A stretch of 46,465 nt of DNA. It comes from Octopus bimaculoides (lineage: Eukaryota). The position numbers and the translations under genes were made by a program. This document shows positions 11,933 through 23,532 of this stretch, piece after piece (within the stretch, counting starts at the first letter, position 1; every line of letters begins with the position of its first letter). Under the pieces are notes generated by a model. That model was not told where the DNA came from, made no database searches, and worked only from the letters and a program-made list of their open reading frames with translations. The stretch spans positions 25,305,561 through 25,352,025 of the forward strand of contig NC_068995.1 of the NCBI RefSeq assembly GCF_001194135.2. Direction: 5' to 3'.

Positions 11933-12052
11933 GAAGAAGAAGAAGAAGAAGAAGAAGAAGAAGAAGAAGAAGAAGAAGAAGAAGAAGAAGAAGAAGAAGA
12001 AGAAGAAGAAGAAGAAGAAGAAGAAGAAGAAGAAGAAGAAGAAGAAGAAGAA
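11933..12052 (+). repeat. Pure (GAA)40 trinucleotide tract
   Basis: Direct count; source of the poly-E/poly-F/poly-L spurious ORFs. Confidence 0.95.
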
Positions 12053-13299
12053 TGGAAAGGTCACTGTTCGTATTCTTTTGAACAAAGGCCTGCTCGATCG
12101 GAGCTAAACAATTATAAGCAGCATTTCTATGCAACAGAAAACCTTGGGGCTTTGAACTTACAACCTGGTTATCTTTCTCATCAAAACCTAGTTTCACTTT
12201 TCATCACTGATTTATTTCAAAGTGGCATAAACGATACAACATCCTATTATTTCACTCCTACAAAGATAAATTCGCATTAAGTAAAGGCTTCTTTTATTCT
12301 TATGAGGTCAGGTGAGTTGTGAAAAAGATTTGTGTAGCGGATTTCTGAATTTTTAATATCAAACCAACTTCCTATGTGTGTAGAAACGTCGAGTTTGCTT
12401 TCTATTTTTTCAATTTCAATAAAATTTAAACCGGCAAGATTCCATGATTGATTTAGTTGATGACATAGTTTCATGCAAAACAATGAATTTATGTCAAGAA
12501 AAGCAATATATTAAAAGATGAATTATTCGATATAAGTTACGGAGAAAAAGTAACATTTTATACATTTCCATACATAAAAAATTGGTTTGTAACTCATCAT
12601 AGATGGCTATGAAGATTGGAAATCAAAATACATTTGGCTGCGTTTAAGATAGTCGAATTGTCTTTGACAGCTTGAAGCTTAATGTTAACAAACAGATTTG
12701 ACAAAATGCCGGCTTGAAATAATTTTAATTTATATGGCTTCCATGAAAAATTGTCTCTGATAACTAGATTACAAGGGTATTTAAACAAAATTTGTATGAA
12801 CATTCTTCCGAATGTACTTTGGTGACCAAGATATCGTGAAAAATTACTCGAAGACAAAGCAAAAACGTTTTTCTAATTTATCATCTCATCCTCCTACAGA
12901 CATCGATTAAAATGAAATATAATTCTAGACACAAATGTATATATTTATCTTCAAATACATATATATTTATGTTCTGAGCATAATAGATTTATTTATTTTT
13001 ATGTTTGTTTGTGTATACATTAAATCACTATTTAATATAGGTATTTTATGTAGACACTGGTGTGTGTGTATGTGTGTGTTTGAGCGTATGTATGTGATTG
13101 TATGTGTATGAATGTGTCTGGAAATATTCATATAAGGTGTGTGTGTGTGTATCTGTCTGTCTGTCTATCTCTCTGTTGGTGCCGTAATGGTTGGTCATAG
13201 AAAGACATGGTTGATCTTCTAAATTAGCTGTACATGAAAGGTTTAGGCTGATTTACTATGCAACTAAGTACCTATACTAATATATATATATATATATAT

Positions 13300-13938
13300 A
13301 TACATAGTCTTTAACAAATCAGGCTTCCTATTTCGAGCTTTAAACCCTATTTATTTTTCTTCAATTCCCTCCATAACTTTCATTCTATTTATTTGTTTGT
13401 ATAGTTTTTCATTTATTCATCGTACTCACCATTTCTTTATCATCTAGCTTATTCATTTGGATACAACGGGATGGTCAACAAAATGTTTAGAAAGCAAACC
13501 TTTATGATAAACTTATTTTTTCTTATTTTATCTTTTATATTTTGGTTTTTATCCTATTTATTCTATTTTAGGTAACTACTTGATATATTCCTCCAATCTG
13601 AATGTATCACTGAAAATACCGCCTGGACTCACCTGGGATTATGCTTAAGAGGCTATACTTTCACGGAAATATAGACAAACCTCCATACCCTCCGGAACAA
13701 GATGAACTGTGAACTTTATTCTTCTATCTTAATTTTTCAATCTATTGTTTTATTCTTCTTGTCTCTGATGACGGGATACACAGTGTATGAGGGTGTTGAT
13801 CCATTACCTGGGATATCTCAGAAACAGATGTAAGACATTAATTACCTCTATTTCTCCTTTTTTGATACACCTTACTGTAATTAAATATTCTAAACGACCT
13901 GAGATCCTCGTTATGACATGGTATTGTTTTCCCTTTCC

Positions 13939-13945
<7 letters not shown>
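13300..13945 (+). mobile_element. Non-autonomous PLE-like/retrozyme-like repeat, copy 2
   Basis: Homologous to 8260-9140 (73/99 identical nt in the aligned block); contains the best-preserved HHR. Confidence 0.65.
13760..13837 (+). ncRNA. Complete minimal type-I hammerhead ribozyme
   Basis: Stem I tgtct/agaca; core CTGATGA 13765-13771; stem II gggata/tatctc; GAAAC 13821-13825; stem III AC-agat-GT; GUA cleavage triplet 13830-13832. Confidence 0.75.
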
Positions 13946-13970
<25 letters not shown>

Positions 13971-14075
13971 TTNNNNNNNNNNNNNNNNNNNNNNNNNNNN
14001 NNNNNNNNNNNNNNNNNNNNNNNNNNNNNNNNNNNNNNNNNNNNNNNNNNNNNNNNNNNNNNNNNNNNNNNNNNN

Positions 14076-14148
<73 letters not shown>

Positions 14149-14214
14149 CCAATGATTTTTGGTAAGCAGCATCGATTCTTACAATTCTGTAACTAATAAT
14201 AATAATAATCTTTT

Positions 14215-14385
14215 ATGAGCTTAAAGCTTATAAGTGATCACCGAGCAATAATTGAAGAAAATAGTCTACTGGGAGACGGGTAAATGTACGGTTCTCGTAT
14301 GGATGGGACGACGCGAACCTACAGCTCTTCATTTTCGTGACAAGTTTGTTATCATTGCACCAACGTACAACCTCGCATCTTTCCG
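14215..14385 (-). mobile_element. Diverged tRNA-derived SINE-like element
   Basis: Minus strand has an A-box-like tggtgcaatga, a B-box-like ggttcgcgtc and an (ATT)n tail. The adjacent ~60 bp (14151-14215) recurs at 14455-14515. Confidence 0.45.
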
Positions 14386-14840
14386 TCAGATTTAAGAACT
14401 ATAATTAGTTCATAGCGTTGTCTTTTGTAAACAAACTTCATGTGTTTTTCTTCAATGGATTTTGGTAAGCAGCGTCAATTTTTACAATTCTGTAAATAAT
14501 TTTATAATCTTTAAGCTGATAAAATATTATTTATAGATAGATAGATAGATAGACAGACAGCTATATACATACAGACACACACAGTCACGCACGCGCGCGC
14601 ACACACGCACGCATGTATATTTATGTACAGATATACAGACGAGGACTAATAAGTGTGTGTGTTAGTGCATGTGTGTGTGTGTTTATGTGAGTGTGTGTGT
14701 GCGTGCGTGCGTGCTTAAGAATCGATTTCAAAATGCATTATTAATATATTGGTTGAACCAATTGAAAAAAACACTGAGAACATAACGAATGAATAAGAAT
14801 TACTGTGGTAAAGATGTTTTTTGAAATCAGCGATATGGTG

Positions 14841-15013
14841 ATACAGTTCTATATTTAAGAGATGAGGAATTATGTATATTATTTACATGATTTACATTTG
14901 ACAGCTATTTGTCCTCATCTTGTTTGTTGTTGACACATCCTTTTGGCTGATATACTCTCCAGCCTCTTGGGGAAATTTCGAACTTGGGTTCTCATTCCTA
15001 AGGTATTTTTCGA

Positions 15014-15081
<68 letters not shown>

Positions 15082-15128
15082 TTATTGTCTGAAATCGAAC
15101 TCGGAAACTTGGGGTACGTAGCCCGCGC
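14841..15128 (-). mobile_element. Composite SINE-like element: tRNA-like head, (AAT)n, HHR-type tail; copy A
   Basis: Minus strand: gcgcgggctacgtaccccaagtttccgagttcgattt (B-box-like), (AAT)n, aacatcgaaaaataccttagg...ggctg..cagcc..gtgtcaacaacaaacaagatgaggacaaata... Confidence 0.65.
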
Positions 15129-15665
15129 NNNNNNNNNNNNNNNNNNNNNNNNNNNNNNNNNNNNNNNNNNNNNNNNNNNNNNNNNNNNNNNNNNNNNNNN
15201 NNNNNNNNNNNNNNNNNNNNNNNNNNNNNNNNNNNNNNNNNNNNNNNNNNNNNNNNNNNNNNNNNNNNNNNNNNNNNNNNNNNNNNNNNNNNNNNNNNNN
15301 NNNNNNNNNNNNNNNNNNNNNNNNNNNNNNNNNNNNNNNNNNNNNNNNNNNNNNNNNNNNNNNNNNNNNNNNNNNNNNNNNNNNNNNNNNNNNNNNNNNN
15401 NNNNNNNNNNNNNNNNNNNNNNNNNNNNNNNNNNNNNNNNNNNNNNNNNNNNNNNNNNNNNNNNNNNNNNNNNNNNNNNNNNNNNNNNNNNNNNNNNNNN
15501 NNNNNNNNNNNNNNNNNNNNNNNNNNNNNNNNNNNNNNNNNNNNNNNNNNNNNNNNNNNNNNNNNNNNNNNNNNNNNNNNNNNNNNNNNNNNNNNNNNNN
15601 NNNNNNNNNNNNNNNNNNNNNNNNNNNNNNNNNNNNNNNNNNNNNNNNNNNNNNNNNNNNNNNNN

Positions 15666-15762
<97 letters not shown>

Positions 15763-15905
15763 ACATCGAAAAATACCTTAGGAATAAGAACCCAGATTCG
15801 AAATTTCCCCAAGACACTTGATGAAAGCTGAAACGTTGTGTTAACAACAAACAAGATGAGGACAAATATCCGTCAAATGTAAATAATGTAAATAATGTAA
15901 ATAAG
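15666..15905 (+). mobile_element. Same composite family, copy B (head presumably in the gap)
   Basis: (AAT)n(ATT)n then aacatcgaaaaataccttagg...gacacTTGATGAaagctGAAACGTTgtgttaacaacaaacaagatgaggacaaata. Confidence 0.65.
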
Positions 15906-16689
15906 GGGCGATATGGTGTATTTAAACTAAACATATTTACATGTCTGCATATAAGTAAGTATATTTCTTTATTATGGTTTAAATTCTGCTGATATCTAAT
16001 CATCCGCCTGTCCCGAGAGAAAAATAGCCGTGAGTGAAAAACATTCACTGAGTGATTTCAAGTATCCTCTCTATTCTTCCTTTCATTGGCCTCGACCAGT
16101 TTTGATGCTTTCCTTCCTTGCATTAACTGCAAAGCCTAAAATTTTATTGAACCACTCCTTCGCAACCAAACCCTATCTGACTACAAAGAAATATAAATCA
16201 GAAACGTTGACCATCCTACCATTTTCATAGATATTCTTTTACAAAGGAAACTGTGTTAGTCTTGTGACAGTAATTTATTTCACATCTGCATGTATATACA
16301 CATGCATAGATTATATATACATATAAGTCTGTGTGTGTGTGCGCGCAAATATCGAAATGCCCGCGGATGTATATTATATAACATGGGAAGGCTCACATAG
16401 AATACCGACTTATGGTGTTGGTTTACTTCGCTGCGTATTTACTGGTCAAAACAAGTTTTTTAGGGAAATAATGTCTTGAACATGTCTATACTACTCTCTC
16501 AACATGAAAAACTATATTCAAATTTCTGTATTTCAGGCATTCTATATGCTTTTCAATCTGTAATTGCACACTCAATAACATTTTAGGAAGAATCAGAACA
16601 GAATGACAGCCAGTGGCTAGGGGAGGTTATCGGTTCAATACGGGAGAATTTGGATATGTGTGATAAGTTATAGGTTTAAAATATTCCCA

Positions 16690-17705
16690 GATAAATAATA
16701 TGGAAGTGTCTAAGGAGCATTTGAGTCACATAATGCTTTATGAGTTTAAAAAAAGGAACTATGCAGCTGAAGCGACTAGAAATATCCACTCACCTTATGG
16801 AGAAGAGTGCCTGAATGAAAGAACTTGCAGAAGATGGTAGAGATTTCAACCTTAACGATGAGGCCCGTACAGGACGTCCAAATTTGATGACAAGCTCCTT
16901 TTGGCAGAACTTGAAAGGGATCATGTACTTTCAGTTAAGGAATTGGCAAACAAGCTTCGTTCATGCCATACAACTATTCACCGCCATCCTCAACAGCTTG
17001 GAAAGGTCCCAAAACTTGGAAAATGGGTGTCTCATGATTTGTCTGATGCCAACCGCAAATCCTGCCATGAACTTTTGCTCTTCTCTTCGTTCCCGTGAAC
17101 TCATCTCGCTCTTTTTAGACAGACTGGTGACTAGTGATGAAAAAAGGGTCGTTAACAAAATGTTAAGCGTCGTAGACAGTGGCTTGGTAAAGGTGAAAAG
17201 GCCCAACCACAAAGGAAAAGGGAACTCCATGTGAAGAAGGTTCTTCTAAATGATTGGTGAGGTTGAAAAAGAGTCATCCACTTGGAGCTGCTATCAATTA
17301 ATGCAACAATTAATGCTGAAATCTATAGTCAGCAATTAGAGTGATTGAACGCTACTATGAAGGTAAAAAGGTCCTCTTTCGTCAATTGAAAGGGAGTAGT
17401 GTTTCAGCAGGACAATGCATGACCCCACACTGCAAAGATAACCTCACAGAAGATCGAGGATCTTGGCTGGGAGAAAATTGCTCACATGCCTTATTCCTCA
17501 GACCTTGCTCCTTCAGGTTACCATTTGTTCCATAGTTTACAGAATCATTTGGATGGATTAACTCTCGAAACAACTGAAGAAGTCGAAACTGACCTTTCAG
17601 AGTTCTCTTTGAAACCGAATGAATTTATTCTCTAATGGGATTAAAAAGCTTACGAGTAGATAGAAAGAAGTTATAGATAATCCTGGAAACTATATTGACG
17701 ATTAA
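16690..17705 (+). mobile_element. mariner (DD34D) transposase pseudogene, near full length
   Basis: MEVSKEHLSHIMLYEFKK..RTCRRW; DEARTGRP; GKWVSHDL; FLDRLVTSDEK; FQQDNA*PH; HMPYSSDLAPSGYHLF, with multiple frameshifts and stops. TIRs not recognisable. Confidence 0.9.
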
Positions 17706-17722
17706 ATTTCATTATATTATCC

Positions 17723-18152
17723 TTTTATTTCTTTCAGTCATATGACTGGACTGCAGCCATGTTGGAGTTTTAGTCGAACAAATCGACCCCAGGACTTACT
17801 TTTTTATAGCCTAGTACTTATTCTATCGGATACTTTTGCCAAATAGCTAAGTTACGGGGACGTAAGCATACTAACAGTTGTCAAGCAGTAGTGGGGGACA
17901 AACACAGACGCAAAGACACACACGCACACACAGACACAATCACACACACATGCACACATACACACACACACACGCACACACAGACACAATCACCGCCCCA
18001 TACATACGACCAGCTTTTTTCCGTTTCCGTTTACCAAATCCACTAACAAGGTTTTGGTCGACTCGAGGCTATAGTAGAAGACACTTGCCCAAGGTGCTAT
18101 GCGGTGGGACTGAACCTGGAACCATGTGGTTGGTAAGCAAGCTAAGCCATGC
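17723..18152 (-). mobile_element. tRNA-SINE family 1, minus strand
   Basis: Reverse complement of the 34857-35244 sequence with an internal (CA)n. Confidence 0.88.
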
Positions 18153-19195
18153 CTAGCTAGACTAAAGAACGCGTGAATCAAGCTTGGAGAAAAGACAGAC
18201 AAGAACACGTCTTCCTTGTTCCAGCTACAACGGAAAGAAAGAAACACAAGTTAGAAGAAAGATGGCCGATGGTCACGTGGGAGCCATGTGAGCAAGGAAG
18301 AGGAGTGAGGGAGAGAGTGACAGAGTAATAACATAGAATAGTGGGCGAAGAAGAGGTAAAAGAATAAGAGAGAGAAAGAGAGAAAAACGAAAGAGTAAAT
18401 AGATTGTAAAGAGTGCGCATCAGAATTATTAAGACAAAACTTACTTGGAAGAGGGTGCGTGGTGTTTAGTCATATAATAATATAAATTATATATATATAT
18501 ATATATGTATGTATATATGTATGTATGTATATATATATATATANNNNNNNNNNNNNNNNNNNNNNNNNNNNNNNNNNNNNNNNNNNNNNNNNNNNNNNNN
18601 NNNNNNNNNNNNNNNNNNNNNNNNNNNNNNNNNNNNNNNNNNNNNNNNNNNNNNNNNNNNNNNNNNNNNNNNNNNNNNNNNNNNNNNNNNNNNNNNNNNN
18701 NNNNNNNNNNNNNNNNNNNNNNNNNNNNNNNNNNNNNNNNNNNNNNNNNNNNNNNNNNNNNNNNNNNNNNNNNNNNNNNNNNNNNNNNNNNNNNNNNNNN
18801 NNNNNNNNNNNNNNNNNNNNNNNNNNNNNNNNNNNNNNNNNNNNNNNNNNNNNNNNNNNNNNNNNNNNNNNNNNNNNNNNNNNNNNNNNNNNNNNNNNNN
18901 NNNNNNNNNNNNNNNNNNNNNNNNNNNNNNNNNNNNNNNNNNNNNNNNNNNNNNNNNNNNNNNNNNNNNNNNNNNNNNNNNNNNNNNNNNNNNNNNNNNN
19001 NNNNNNNNNNNNNNNNNNNNNNNNNNNNNNNNNNNNNNNNNNNNNNNNNNNNNNNNNNNNNNNNNNNNNNNNNNNNNNNNNNNNNNNNNNNNNNNNNNNN
19101 NNNNNNNNNNNNNNNNNNNNNNNNNNNNNNNNNNNNNNNNNNNNNNNNNNNNNNNNNNNNNNNNNNNNNNNNNNNNNNNNNNNNNNNNNNNNNNN

Positions 19196-19560
19196 TATCA
19201 CATGGTTCCGGGTTCAGTCCCACTGCGTGGCACTTTGGGAAAGTGTCTTCTACTATAACCTCGGACCGACCAAAGCCTTGTGAGTGGATTTGGTAGACGG
19301 AAACTGAAAGAAGACCATCGTATATATGTATATGTATATATATATGCGTGTGTGTTTGTCCCCTCCCCCCTCCAACATCGCTTGACAACCGATGCTGGTG
19401 TGTATACTCCCTGTAACTTAGCGGTTCGGCAAAAGAGAACGATAGAATAAGAACTAGGCTTACAAAGAATAAGTTCTGGGGTCGATTTGCTCGACTAAAA
19501 AGGCGTTACTCCAGCATGGCCGCAGTCAAATCACTGAAACAAGTAAAAGAGTAAAAGAGA
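19196..19560 (+). mobile_element. tRNA-SINE family 1 (5' end in the gap)
   Basis: catggttccgggttcagtcccactgcgtggc...cagcatggccgcagtcaaat..aagtaaaagag. Confidence 0.9.
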
Positions 19561-19914
19561 GTATACGTATATGTACATACTTACATCTATACGTATATGT
19601 ATATGCATATGTGGGCACAGGACGTCATGAAACGTGTACAACAAAAAATACGAAGTACGAGTACATGGAATATAAACTATTTTTTTCGAACAACGGAATA
19701 CACAAATGGAAATCAAGACAAACAACATAAAGTCGTTGGCTATTTTTCTACTCTCGTATTTCGATCATTTAACAATAATATACGCTTTCGGTGAAACCGT
19801 TGCTCCCGCACAGGAAATACAAAAAATTTGGGATTGTGCGGAGAATAAGAAATAGAAAATCCTTGGTACAGCATTGTACATTTAAAAAAATTAATATACA
19901 TATATATATAAATT

Positions 19915-19991
19915 TTCAGAATGAGATAAAAATCCAAGGCTGTGAAAGATTCTAAAATCTTTCACAGCCTTGGTTTTTATCTCATTCTGAA
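19915..19991. repeat. Near-perfect 36-bp inverted repeat with a 4-nt loop
   Basis: Arms 19915-19951 and 19956-19991 pair fully except one bulged T; loop ctaa. Confidence 0.9.
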
Positions 19992-20145
19992 ATTTTTTTT
20001 TTATATATACAAACGCTGATATATGACCTACGTTGGATTCTTCATTCGCATAATCACCGAACCTGCAGCTTAACTATAGTCTGTCCATAGCACTTACTCA
20101 GCATTACCTGGCACCTTTGGGTCTTATTGACACCATTACCTCTCA

Positions 20146-20236
20146 TGGGAAACGATGGCCCACCCATCACATTCGCCGGACAGTACCTCATCTCATTATC
20201 ATTTATTCCGCGGTATTTAAAATCATTTGAACGGGA
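20146..20236 (+). mobile_element. mariner fragment of the same family as 20819-22502
   Basis: atgggaaacgatggcccacccatcacattcgccggacagtacc...aatcatttgaacgg is the reverse complement of ~21020-21110. Confidence 0.8.
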
Positions 20237-20785
20237 NNNNNNNNNNNNNNNNNNNNNNNNNNNNNNNNNNNNNNNNNNNNNNNNNNNNNNNNNNNNNNNN
20301 NNNNNNNNNNNNNNNNNNNNNNNNNNNNNNNNNNNNNNNNNNNNNNNNNNNNNNNNNNNNNNNNNNNNNNNNNNNNNNNNNNNNNNNNNNNNNNNNNNNN
20401 NNNNNNNNNNNNNNNNNNNNNNNNNNNNNNNNNNNNNNNNNNNNNNNNNNNNNNNNNNNNNNNNNNNNNNNNNNNNNNNNNNNNNNNNNNNNNNNNNNNN
20501 NNNNNNNNNNNNNNNNNNNNNNNNNNNNNNNNNNNNNNNNNNNNNNNNNNNNNNNNNNNNNNNNNNNNNNNNNNNNNNNNNNNNNNNNNNNNNNNNNNNN
20601 NNNNNNNNNNNNNNNNNNNNNNNNNNNNNNNNNNNNNNNNNNNNNNNNNNNNNNNNNNNNNNNNNNNNNNNNNNNNNNNNNNNNNNNNNNNNNNNNNNNN
20701 NNNNNNNNNNNNNNNNNNNNNNNNNNNNNNNNNNNNNNNNNNNNNNNNNNNNNNNNNNNNNNNNNNNNNNNNNNNNNNNNNNNNN

Positions 20786-20818
<33 letters not shown>

Positions 20819-20822
<4 letters not shown>

Positions 20823-22502
20823 GTCATCCCATAAATAATGCGGTTTTTTATACTTCTTCTATTTTTCAAAATCAAGATAAACAAAGTTCTTTTTTAATCT
20901 AAAATACACTCTCCTTCATTTTCTACAATGCTCTTCCATCTACTGGTAGACTTGCTAGGCTCATCTTCCAAAATACTCCTCCAGTACTGTTCTGACCGCG
21001 TCTACAGGAGTCATATCTTTTCCGTTCAAATGATTTTACTGCGGAATAAATGATAATGAGATGGGGTACTGTCCAGCGAATGTGATGGGTGGGACATCGT
21101 TTCCCATTCCAACTGCTCCAGCCAGTGGAATGTCATCCTCACTGTATGTGGCCGAGCATTATCCTGATGGAAGAATACCTTTCGTCTTCAAACCAATGAT
21201 GGTCGTTTTTCTTCAAGCCCTGACTTAAGCCGCTCAAGCTGCTTGCAGAGACCTCCTTTGTCATCTTGCGGTTTGGGTTTAAAAGTTCAAAGTAGACTAA
21301 ACCTTTCATATCCCACCAAACAGATAACAACACCTTACGTGGGNNNNNNNNNNNNNNNNNNNNNNNNNNNNNNNNNNNNNNNNNNNNNNNNNNNNNNNNN
21401 NNNNNNNNNNNNNNNNNNNNNNNNNNNNNNNNNNNNNNNNNNNNNNNNNNNNNNNNNNNNNNNNNNNNNNNNNNNNNNNNNNNNNNNNNNNNNNNNNNNN
21501 NNNNNNNNNNNNNNNNNNNNNNNNNATCAATCATTCATCGACACCTGCGTGCCATCGGAAAAATTAGAAATTGGGTCAATGGCTTTCCTCACAAACTTTC
21601 TGAGTTTAATCGCGCACAGACAGTGAATGTATGCTCTTCTTTGTTGTCACGTCGCACGAATGGACCTTTTTAGACCGAATAGTGACTGGTAACAAGAAGT
21701 GGGTTCTCTATAAAAACGTGAAGCACCGAAGACAGTGGGTAGGGAAAGGAGAAACACGAGCACCCCAGGCTAAAGGTCTTCCCCCACGTAAGGTGTTGTT
21801 ATCTGTTTGGTGGGATATGAAACGTTTAGTCTACTTTGAACTTTAAACCCAAACGAAACGATAACAAAGGAGATCTACTGCGAGCAGCTTGAGCGGCTTA
21901 AGTCAGGGCTAGAAGAAAACGACCATCTTTGGTTTCTAGACGAAAGGCGTTCTTCCATCAGGATAATGCTCGGCCACATACAGTGAGGATGACATTCCAC
22001 TGGCTGGAGCAGTTGGAACGGGAAACGATGCCCCACCCATCACATTTGCCGGACAGTGCCCCATCTGACTATCATAGGATTTTGTTCCACCAGGTTTTGC
22101 AGGACGTCCTCGTCAGCTCTATAGATCTTTCAGGACGAGTCTCGTCTTCCAAGCTGTAGTTTCCGGCTCGGAATTTCTGAAACCACCGTTGGCACCAGCT
22201 TACGCTTATTGTCCGATCTCCATATCCTGCATTAATATTCCTCCCACTTTCCGTTGCGTTGTTGCCTTTATTGAACTCATAAAGCAAAATATGCGGAATA
22301 TGCTCCTTTGTCACTTCCATTATAGCTTTGAAAAAATAATTGTTGAAATCGAACTGCACTCCTTAAAACATGCACTAAGAATAAGTACAAGATAAAATTA
22401 CTATCTGCTTTTATAGCAAGTTTATGCAGGTAGTTTTCCCGTCCCCCTTCGACTTTTAGTTTATGTAATTTAAAAACCCGCATTATTTATGGGATGAGCC
22501 AA
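20819..22502 (-). mobile_element. mariner element with both TIRs and TA flanks; central transposase segment inverted and partly duplicated
   Basis: TIRs ttgggtcatcccataaataatgcgg (20819) and cgcattatttatgggatgagccaa (ends 22502). N-terminus MEVTKEHIPHILLYEFNKG on minus, middle (VTGNKKWV..DNARPH..SDYH) on plus at 21546-22078, C-terminal half on minus at 20860-21343. Confidence 0.88.
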
Positions 22503-22519
22503 TATATATATATATATAC

Positions 22520-22760
22520 TCTTTCTACTCTCTCTTTTACTCTTTTACTTGTTTCAGTCCTTTGACTGCGGCCATGCTGGAGCACCACCTTTAGTCAAGC
22601 AAATCGACCCCAGGACTTATTCTTTGTAAGCCTAGTACTTATTCTATCGGTATCTTTTTGCCGAACCGCTAAGTTACGGGGACGTAAACAAATCAGCATC
22701 GGTTGTCTAGCGTAGGGGGGGGGACAAACACAGACACACAAACACACACACACACACATA
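22520..22760 (-). mobile_element. tRNA-SINE family 1, 3' half
   Basis: ttgtttcagtcctttgactgcggccatgctggagcacc...gggacaaacacagac. Confidence 0.85.
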
Positions 22761-23470
22761 CTGAATTTGGCTGCCAATTACAATGGCTAGGCTNNNNNNN
22801 NNNNNNNNNNNNNNNNNNNNNNNNNNNNNNNNNNNNNNNNNNNNNNNNNNNNNNNNNNNNNNNNNNNNNNNNNNNNNNNNNNNNNNNNNNNNNNNNNNNN
22901 NNNNNNNNNNNNNNNNNNNNNNNNNNNNNNNNNNNNNNNNNNNNNNNNNNNNNNNNNNNNNNNNNNNNNNNNNNNNNNNNNNNNNNNNNNNNNNNNNNNN
23001 NNNNNNNNNNNNNNNNNNNNNNNNNNNNNNNNNNNNNNNNNNNNNNNNNNNNNNNNNNNNNNNNNNNNNNNNNNNNNNNNNNNNNNNNNNNNNNNNNNNN
23101 NNNNNNNNNNNNNNNNNNNNNNNNNNNNNNNNNNNNNNNNNNNNNNNNNNNNNNNNNNNNNNNNNNNNNNNNNNNNNNNNNNNNNNNNNNNNNNNNNNNN
23201 NNNNNNNNNNNNNNNNNNNNNNNNNNNNNNNNNNNNNNNNNNNNNNNNNNNNNNNNNNNNNNNNNNNNNNNNNNNNNNNNNNNNNNNNNNNNNNNNNNNN
23301 NNNNNNNNNNNNNNNNNNNNNNNNNNNNNNNNNNNNNNNNNNNNNNNNNNNNNNNNNNNNNNNNNNNNNNNNNNNNNNNNNNNNNNNNNNNNNNNNNNNN
23401 NNNNNNNNNNNNNNNNNNNNNNNNNNNNNNNNNNNNNNNNNNNNNNNNNNNNNNNNNNNNNNNNNNNNNN

Positions 23471-23532
<62 letters not shown>

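Noticed and set aside
12484-12870. Plus-strand frame interrupted only by TGA, suggesting an alternative genetic code or selenoprotein
   Set aside because: It is the antisense of a minus-strand ORF (TCA serine codons); no mitochondrial or selenoprotein motif or SECIS is recognisable.
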